Assembly (NCBI GenBank): GCA_049697115.1
Contig: JBAVVD010000048.1
Location: 18,151-82,150 of the forward strand
Reading direction: 5' to 3'
Origin: Candidatus Aminicenantales bacterium
GTDB taxonomy: Bacteria; Acidobacteriota; Aminicenantia; Aminicenantales; UBA4085
Length of the DNA: 64,000 nt
Under the pieces are notes generated by a model. That model was not told where the DNA came from, searched no databases, and saw nothing but the letters and a program-made list of their open reading frames with translations. Position 1 is the stretch's first letter; each line of letters opens with the position of its first letter. Shown here piece by piece: positions 57,769 through 64,000 of this stretch. Both the position numbers and the translations under genes were made by a program.

Positions 57769-59962
57769 GAAATCGAGAAAAAGATCCTTCGTCCTGGGCC
57801 TCTTTGTCTTCGGCCTAACGGCCTCTTTGACTCCCCGCATCACTCCCACGCCCATCCCTCTGAGACAGGACATCCTCCAAGAGGCTGAATCCGGGGAAAA
57901 TCTTCTTCGATTTCTCGGTATTACGGCCTCTGCAGAATCGATCAGCTTTATCACCAACAAAACCCAGTTCCAGCTCCACACGCTGGTCACTGAACAACGC
58001 CACCCGAAGACCTGGAACCTCAGTGAGAGGATTCAGCGGGACATCCCCGCCGGCTTGCGGATGCTTCTGGCCGTGGATGAAGACGTGACAATCCGACTGG
58101 AAGCGCTGGCGCGGGGAAAGGAAGTTCTGGAACAGATGGCTCTGGAAATAGAGAAAACCCTGCTCGCCGGGGAAAAAATCTACATCTACGGCTGCGGAGC
58201 AACGGGACGGCTGGCCAAGCAGATGGAGAGCACTTTCTGGAGGCCCTTCTGGAAAAAAGTGAAGGGGATGGACGGCCTCTGGGCAAAAGTTAAAACTCAT
58301 CTGGGAGAAAACATCGAAGAGTCTCTCGTCGGCGAAATGACCGGTGCGGATAGAGCCCTCATCAGCTCACTCGAAGGATTTGAGGATCTGCCGCTGATCG
58401 GCCGACTTCAGCTCGAAGACAGAAAGGTCACAAAAGGGGATATCGTTATCTGTGTCACAGAAGGCGGCGAGACCTCCTCGGTGATCGGCACAATCTTGAC
58501 CGCCCACGCGCAGTGGAAAAAAGAATCCGGCTTTGATCCTGAGGAGAGCCGGAAAAAGCTTTATTTTATTTACAACAATCCGGACGAGAAACTCTTTCCT
58601 TTCGAACGGAGCCGGAAAGTCATCGAAGAGAAGGGCATCACAAAAATCAATCTGACTACCGGACCTCAAGCCATCACCGGTTCCACCCGGATGCAGGCGA
58701 CGACCATCGAAACATTTGTGATCGGGAATGTCCTTCAGGCGGCCACAGAACACACCCTGAGAAAATTCCTTTCCAAAAAAGATATGGCCCGGCTCGGCTT
58801 CAAAGAAGAGCTGAAGCTGGAGGAGAAACTGAGAGAATTCCCGCGCCTTCTTCAAGAGATAAAAAGTAATATCCCTTCGCTTTCCGCTCTGACAGAGCTC
58901 GAGTCCCAGACCTACTCTTCACGGCGTTTCGCGACCTATTTTGCTCAGAAAGCTCTGATCACCGTCTTTATCGACAGCACCGAGCGGAGCCCGACATTCC
59001 GGCTTTTTCCTCTGGATACAGTGAAAGAATCCAAAAGAAAATGCTGGATTCAGGTCTGGACAGACGCCCCGGATCTCAAGACGGCCTGGCAGACTTTTCT
59101 CGGCCGGCCTTTCAGGGGGCTTTCTCCGGAACTCTACAGGAGGCCTTTTGAAGAAGAGATCGGTGATTCCTATCTTCAGGCGGCAGCTCTGGAAAGCCTG
59201 AAGCGGGCTGGAAACGACCAGCAATGGCTTTATGATTTCTCCTTCTCCGGTTTCAACATTGAAAAGCGCGGCCCAAAGCCGGGAGACCTTGGAGTCATCA
59301 TCTGCATTTCCCCCGAAGAAGCAATGCTTCAGAGAGAAGGCTCCGCCTTTAAAAAATTTCTGAACCTTTTTGTGACCCAGGGGGCAAAAATCGCCCTGAT
59401 TCTCATTCAGGACAACTCACTCAGAGAGACATCCGGCACAGTTAGGAATCTGGCTTTTCTCAAGGAAGGCGAAAGGAGTCCTTTCACTCTCTGCTGCCTG
59501 GAAGTTTCCAGCAAAAACGATCCTTTTGGTCTCAATCAACAGATTGCCCTCAAGATTCTCCTCAACACCCATTCCACAGCCGTCATGGCGCGTCTGGGAA
59601 AAGTCATCGGCAACACCATGACCAACGTCAGCCCCAGCAATCTCAAGCTCATCGGGAGGGCCACCTACCTGATCCAGTCCCACGTGAATGATGTCCTGCG
59701 CAATCCTCAGTGGGTCCGGCAGAACGGCGTCCGGAGCGCGATCACTTACGGCGAAGCCAACGCCGTCCTCTTTGAAGCCATTGCCTTTCTCAAAGACAAA
59801 TCCCAAGCGGCTGTCCAGGCGGCTGAAGTCCCCCTGTCCATCATTCGCATTCTGGAGTCCCTGCGTCAGAAAAGGGCCATCAGCCAGGAAGAGGCTCTGG
59901 AACTGGTAATAAAGAAAGGTCTCAGCCATTACATTTCCCTGGCGACTTCCACGGAAAAGTAG
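57740..59962 (+). CDS. two-SIS-domain protein of the MurQ/GckR family
   Basis: The C-terminal half, ILLNTHSTAVMARLGKVIGNTMTNVSPSNLKLIGRATYLI, matches MurQ/GckR blocks. The N-terminal half also looks SIS-like (IYIYGCGATGRLA). The first 40 or so residues are hydrophobic, so the true start may be internal. Confidence 0.5.
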   Translation: MTCINTEKNRKSRKRSFVLGLFVFGLTASLTPRITPTPIPLRQDILQEAESGENLLRFLGITASAESISFITNKTQFQLHTLVTEQRHPKTWNLSERIQRDIPAGLRMLLAVDEDVTIRLEALARGKEVLEQMALEIEKTLLAGEKIYIYGCGATGRLAKQMESTFWRPFWKKVKGMDGLWAKVKTHLGENIEESLVGEMTGADRALISSLEGFEDLPLIGRLQLEDRKVTKGDIVICVTEGGETSSVIGTILTAHAQWKKESGFDPEESRKKLYFIYNNPDEKLFPFERSRKVIEEKGITKINLTTGPQAITGSTRMQATTIETFVIGNVLQAATEHTLRKFLSKKDMARLGFKEELKLEEKLREFPRLLQEIKSNIPSLSALTELESQTYSSRRFATYFAQKALITVFIDSTERSPTFRLFPLDTVKESKRKCWIQVWTDAPDLKTAWQTFLGRPFRGLSPELYRRPFEEEIGDSYLQAAALESLKRAGNDQQWLYDFSFSGFNIEKRGPKPGDLGVIICISPEEAMLQREGSAFKKFLNLFVTQGAKIALILIQDNSLRETSGTVRNLAFLKEGERSPFTLCCLEVSSKNDPFGLNQQIALKILLNTHSTAVMARLGKVIGNTMTNVSPSNLKLIGRATYLIQSHVNDVLRNPQWVRQNGVRSAITYGEANAVLFEAIAFLKDKSQAAVQAAEVPLSIIRILESLRQKRAISQEEALELVIKKGLSHYISLATSTEK

Positions 59963-60025
59963 AAACCGACTTCTCGAAGATACGGGCTGCCGTTAAAAAA
60001 ATTCTTGAAAAAGGGCGCGGATGGC

Positions 60026-61138
60026 CTACGGGGAAGGAGGAGAGTTGGTCACTCCGTAGCAGGGAGTGATGTGAGGCCTTTCCCGCCGCCTGTGCTTCTC
60101 CTTGACCTGGGGATAGACAAAGAGATCGCCTGAATAGTTGCGCATCACAACTTGCTTTTCATCCATCGACTGGATATAAGAAGGGATCAGCGGAATCTTG
60201 CCGCCGCCGCCAGGGGCGTCGATCACATAATAGGGAACAGCCAGGCCCGAGGTCCAGCCTCGGAGGGCGTCCATGACCTCCAATCCTTTCTTCACTGTCG
60301 TCCGCAGGTGCTCAGTGCCCTTCACGTAATCCGCCTGGTAAATGTAATAGGGTCTGACACGGACAAGGAGCAATTTATGCATGAGGCGCTTCATCACTTC
60401 CGGATCATCATTGACTCCTTTGAGAAGAACCGTCTGGTTTCCCAGGGGAATTCCGGCATCGGCCAAAAGATTCAGGGCCTGAGCGGCTTCGGGAGTAATT
60501 TCGTCGGGGTGATTGAAATGGACGTTTATATAAAGAGGATGATATCGTCTGAACATAGAGGCGAGCCTCGGCGTAATCCGCTGAGGCAGAAAACAGGGGA
60601 CCCGCGTTCCAATGCGCAAGATCTCGACATGGGGAATTGCCCGCAGCGATCTGAGAATAGATTCGAGACGCCTATCGCTGAGCATCAGAGGATCTCCGCC
60701 AGAGATAATCACATCGCGGACTTCAGAGTGCTCACGGATGTAATTCAATCCGTCTTCGATATAGCGCGGATGAATCTTGCTGGGATCTCCAACCTTTCGT
60801 TTCCTGGTGCAGAAACGGCAGTAGGAAGCACAGAAATGAGAGACCAGAAAGAGGACCCTGTCCGGATAACGATGGACAATGCTCGGAACCGGAGAATCTT
60901 CCTCTTCGCTCAGGGGATCCAAATCGCCGCTGTCTTGTTCCAATTCCGCTGCATCTGGAACAACTTGGCGATAGATGGCGTCGCCTTTGCGCCTGATAAG
61001 GCCGGCATAATAAGGGGTGATTTGTGTTTTGAACATACGGGCAACCTTTCGAATCTCTTCCACATTCAAATTAAAAAATCGAGCAATCTGCTCGGGAGTC
61101 TTGAGGCTGCCCTTCAAAACCTGCGGCCATTCATCCAT
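60026..61138 (-). CDS. kamA: lysine 2,3-aminomutase (KamA family radical SAM)
   Basis: CASYCRFCTRKR, SGGDPL and the HPxYxxxH region align with Bacillus KamA from MDEWPQV onward. The ORF is open to 61288, but the KamA-homologous start avoids overlap with the GNAT gene. Confidence 0.8.
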   Translation of the reverse strand: MDEWPQVLKGSLKTPEQIARFFNLNVEEIRKVARMFKTQITPYYAGLIRRKGDAIYRQVVPDAAELEQDSGDLDPLSEEEDSPVPSIVHRYPDRVLFLVSHFCASYCRFCTRKRKVGDPSKIHPRYIEDGLNYIREHSEVRDVIISGGDPLMLSDRRLESILRSLRAIPHVEILRIGTRVPCFLPQRITPRLASMFRRYHPLYINVHFNHPDEITPEAAQALNLLADAGIPLGNQTVLLKGVNDDPEVMKRLMHKLLLVRVRPYYIYQADYVKGTEHLRTTVKKGLEVMDALRGWTSGLAVPYYVIDAPGGGGKIPLIPSYIQSMDEKQVVMRNYSGDLFVYPQVKEKHRRRERPHITPCYGVTNSPPSP

Positions 61139-61151
61139 TTTTTCCACTCCT

Positions 61152-61625
61152 TCAAGCGAAACGCTTAATATACAGAATCCGGTCATCACCCGGCTTGTAA
61201 TAGTCGGCGATGCGGGTAACTTCTTCATAGCCAAAGCGTTGATAGAATTGCCGCGTCGGCTGATATTTGGGCTGAGAGGACGTCTCAATAATGATCATAC
61301 GTCCCCGCTCCTCCTGCACTTTCTTTTCCAGCCAGCCAATCAACTCCCGCCCGTAGCCCTGCCCCTGACGGGAAGGGACAACCGCCACCCAATACAGGTC
61401 AAAAACACCTGTCGCGAACGATGCCGGACCGTAGGACAAGTACCCTATGACTTCTTTCTTTTCATTTTCGGCCACGACAAAAAAATACTCCTTCTGGTCG
61501 GGCCGGGCGAGATAGAAATCGATCATTTCCTGGGCGGCGGATATTTCTTCAGGTATGAACATGCCGGTCGTTCGGTTGATCTCGAAAACCGTCTCTCTGT
61601 CGGCTTCTGTCATCGGGCGAATCAC
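61152..61625 (-). CDS. GNAT acetyltransferase adjacent to kamA (AblB-like beta-lysine acetyltransferase candidate)
   Basis: RQGQGYGRELI is the acetyl-CoA motif. The 157-aa product is encoded immediately upstream of kamA in the same operon. Confidence 0.55.
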   Translation of the reverse strand: MIRPMTEADRETVFEINRTTGMFIPEEISAAQEMIDFYLARPDQKEYFFVVAENEKKEVIGYLSYGPASFATGVFDLYWVAVVPSRQGQGYGRELIGWLEKKVQEERGRMIIIETSSQPKYQPTRQFYQRFGYEEVTRIADYYKPGDDRILYIKRFA

Positions 61626-62635
61626 GCCTTTTCCTTTCTCTTTAGAGCATTTGCAACCATCTGTTCCCAGAACATTTTGTATTCCTTGCCTGACGCTTTC
61701 AGGGCCCTTGCATATCCGGCATTGAGACTGATGTCAGGATTGGGGTTGACCTCGAGAATCGAGATCTGGCCGTCTTTGGCCATGCGAAAATCCACGCGGG
61801 CATAATCCTGGCAACCCATTACCTGGAAGACAGAGAGGGCGGTCTCCTGCAGCCGGTCCCGCAGGGAATCATCGATTTTGGCCGGACAGACAGGAGGCGT
61901 CGCTTTGTAGAGCACATGGTCCTCAAACCATTTGGCTTCGTAGCTGCAGATGTGGGGCACCCCTTTGGGCATCTCTCTGAATTCAATTTCAGAGACCGGA
62001 AGAGCCCGAGGCTCGTGGTTCTCGATGACAGCCACGTTAAATTCGCGGCCGTCGATAAAGGCCTCAACCAGAGCCGGTTGCTGGAAATATTTCAGGATAT
62101 TCTGCACCTGTTTTTGCAGGCTCTCCTCGTTCTGGACCACGGAATCCGGATGAATGCCTTCACTGGCATCTCCGGAATTCGGTTTGACAATCAGGGGAAA
62201 CGGAAGCTCTATCTTTTGGTCCGGAGAGGTGATGAGCTGACCTGGAGCTGTCGGCAGCCCCCAGGAGCTGAGGATGGCTTTGGTTTTAAATTTGTTCTGG
62301 CAGATGGCAAGAGTATGAGAGCCGTTTCCTGTAAAAGGAACGTCCAGAAGTTCCAACGCCGCCGCGACATTGGCCTCGAGTTCTGCACGCCCCAAAAATG
62401 CTTCGCAGAGATTAATGACCACATCGGCGTTTGAAACTCTGATCCTCTGCAAAAAATTCATGAAGCTTTTCTGGAGAGGAATGACGAAGGCCGAATAGCC
62501 CAGCTCAGTGACGGCTTCCAGGACTTCTCTGGCCGTCTGCTCGATCGACTCATCGGACTCGCGTTCAACAGGCTTGCCAATAACCGGGTCATAGGCGTTA
62601 AAGGCGATACCGATCAAAAGGTTTCTTTTTTTCAT
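61622..62635 (-). CDS. D-alanine--D-alanine ligase-family ATP-grasp enzyme
   Basis: Ddl_N and ATP-grasp blocks are present (PFPLIVKPNSGDASEGI). The 337-aa gene overlaps the GNAT gene by 4 nt. Confidence 0.65.
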   Translation of the reverse strand: MKKRNLLIGIAFNAYDPVIGKPVERESDESIEQTAREVLEAVTELGYSAFVIPLQKSFMNFLQRIRVSNADVVINLCEAFLGRAELEANVAAALELLDVPFTGNGSHTLAICQNKFKTKAILSSWGLPTAPGQLITSPDQKIELPFPLIVKPNSGDASEGIHPDSVVQNEESLQKQVQNILKYFQQPALVEAFIDGREFNVAVIENHEPRALPVSEIEFREMPKGVPHICSYEAKWFEDHVLYKATPPVCPAKIDDSLRDRLQETALSVFQVMGCQDYARVDFRMAKDGQISILEVNPNPDISLNAGYARALKASGKEYKMFWEQMVANALKRKEKA

Positions 62636-62639
62636 CTTA

Positions 62640-63782
62640 TTACCTCAATCCCAGCCGCGCTTCTGTTCTTTTTTTCCTGGACTCCGGCCAGCCTTCCGGA
62701 CCAGCCTGTCCAATACCATACCGGGCTCGAGCCTCGTCAACGACGCGCAGAATCAGCTCCGAATAAGAATATCCTGCGGTCCGCGCGGCTTTGGGAAGGC
62801 AGGAATTGTCTTCCGGCTTGGGAAGAATTCCGGGAAGGGGATTGACTTCCAGGATATGAGGTTTTCCTTTTTCATCAAGGCGGATGTCAATGCGGCACCA
62901 GTCTCGGATGCGGAGAACGCGACAGGTCTTTTCCACTATTTTTTCAATGCGGCGTTTTAATCTCAAAGAAATGGAAGCCGGGCACTTAAAAATTTCCAAC
63001 GGCTGTTCAGGTCTGTCCCAAATCCATTTGGCTTCATAGGAATAGATGGGAACGGCTCCATCCGGCAAGAGGCTGTGATCGATTTCAACAATGGGCAGGA
63101 TTTCCAAATGGGGATAATTTCCGAGGACACCCACTGTAAATTCGCGTCCGTTTAAAAAGCGCTCCATAATGACGGGCTGCTTGTAGACGAAAATGACCTC
63201 CTGAATGCGCCGGTACAAGTCGCCCTGGTTGCGGACAACAGAATTATTGCGAATGCCCTTGCTCGAGCCTTCATAAAGCGGCTTGACAATGACGGGCCAC
63301 TCGATGTCCTGCGGTACGTCTGAAGGAGATTTGACAATCCAGAAGGGAGGATTCGGTATCTTGTAATACGACAGAATCTCTTTCGCGCGGGATTTATCAA
63401 GGCAGATGCCAAGCGTCAACGGATCTGAGCCTGTATAGGGAATATCCAGAATTTCACAGAGAGTGGGTATATGGGATTCCCTGTTCGGCCCGATCAGACG
63501 CTCGGCAATATTGAAAACGAGATCAGGCTTTTCTCTTTTGAGACGGTCGAATGCCTTTTCATCAGACTCAATGGGAATCACTTCGTGTATTTCCTGAAGG
63601 GCGTTTTGGACGGCTAGGATTGTTTCATCAGAATCGCACTCGGCGAATAAATCGGGTGGAGGCTCGTCTTCTTCATCCCGCTTGTCGTCCGCAAAACCCT
63701 GATTCAATGAGGAGGCTATTCCGGATTTCGAACTAAAGAGCAAGGCAATCTTCATGGCTGTGTTTCTCTGCTTTGCTTTCAT
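62640..63782 (-). CDS. second Ddl-family ATP-grasp enzyme with an acidic N-terminal extension
   Basis: It is a paralogue of 61622..62635 (WPVIVKPLYEGSSKGI), 380 aa, with a DEEDEPPPD stretch near the N-terminus. Confidence 0.6.
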   Translation of the reverse strand: MKAKQRNTAMKIALLFSSKSGIASSLNQGFADDKRDEEDEPPPDLFAECDSDETILAVQNALQEIHEVIPIESDEKAFDRLKREKPDLVFNIAERLIGPNRESHIPTLCEILDIPYTGSDPLTLGICLDKSRAKEILSYYKIPNPPFWIVKSPSDVPQDIEWPVIVKPLYEGSSKGIRNNSVVRNQGDLYRRIQEVIFVYKQPVIMERFLNGREFTVGVLGNYPHLEILPIVEIDHSLLPDGAVPIYSYEAKWIWDRPEQPLEIFKCPASISLRLKRRIEKIVEKTCRVLRIRDWCRIDIRLDEKGKPHILEVNPLPGILPKPEDNSCLPKAARTAGYSYSELILRVVDEARARYGIGQAGPEGWPESRKKRTEARLGLR

Positions 63783-64000
63783 GGAAATCGATCCCCCACA
63801 TTGAAATCGTTTGAATGATTTTTTTCACATTTTTTTTAAATTCTTAGTTTATATATAAACTTTTTTTTCAAAATGTCAATACTTTTTTTTGAATTTTTTT
63901 TAACAGAATACAATTTGTAGTGGAAAATAATTCTTGAACCCCCAATTATAGAGCTGTAAATTTTCTTGACAGCTTAAAGCAAAAACTTGGCATAAATATA

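Overview
This is a bacterial chromosomal segment of roughly 50% GC with dense, operon-like coding. Two stretches look like ordinary core genome: 1-5.4 kb (DUF948 and YtxH-like pair, enolase, acyl-CoA mutase large subunit) and 22.1-64 kb (ogt, comEC, lpxK/lpxL, rph, UDP-xylose synthase, a GT2 glycosyltransferase, flotillin, an aminotransferase fusion, gmhA, plsC, a pilin/pilSR-like/pilC-pilT-pilB type IV pilus cluster, a PAS-HD-GYP protein, tRNA-Arg and tRNA-Pro, mutL, a radical-SAM methylthiotransferase, purE/purD, an SHMT-like enzyme, rpiB, a Ctp protease, tatAC, dCMP deaminase, and a lysine 2,3-aminomutase-GNAT-2x ATP-grasp cluster). Between them, about 5.4-22.1 kb, lies a mosaic accessory region that I read as a degenerate integron-like cassette array. 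It holds short, mostly single-gene units of sharply alternating GC content: two RelE/ParE-RHH toxin-antitoxin pairs, three small proteins carrying an RNxxxH (HEPN-like) motif, DUF4365, DUF3800, cupin, RraA-like, NTF2-like, VOC and GNAT proteins, secreted hydrolases, and a cation-diffusion-facilitator (CDF) transporter gene fragment. At least 14 imperfect palindromes of about 55-95 bp separate these units, and they share CTAAC(G)...(C)GTTAG ends like the RYYYAAC/GTTRRRY ends of attC sites. The only recombinase is a 5'-truncated, frame-decayed integron-integrase (intI) remnant at 9683-10341 whose box I catalytic Arg is replaced by His. Four copies of an AT-rich repeat of about 150 bp occur as two inverted pairs. 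Each copy ends exactly at a GTTRRRY-type core abutting the first gene of an outward-facing cassette run. Two copies carry outward TTGCAA-N17-TAAAAT-like promoters. One pair flanks the intI remnant; the other flanks a secreted pseudo-dimeric aspartic protease with a PDZ domain. Other points of note are an in-frame TAG splitting the sigma-54 regulator of the pilus cluster, a sigma-54-type promoter upstream of the pilin gene, an aminotransferase fused to a P-loop (HprK-like) domain, and a kamA-GNAT-Ddl-Ddl cluster.
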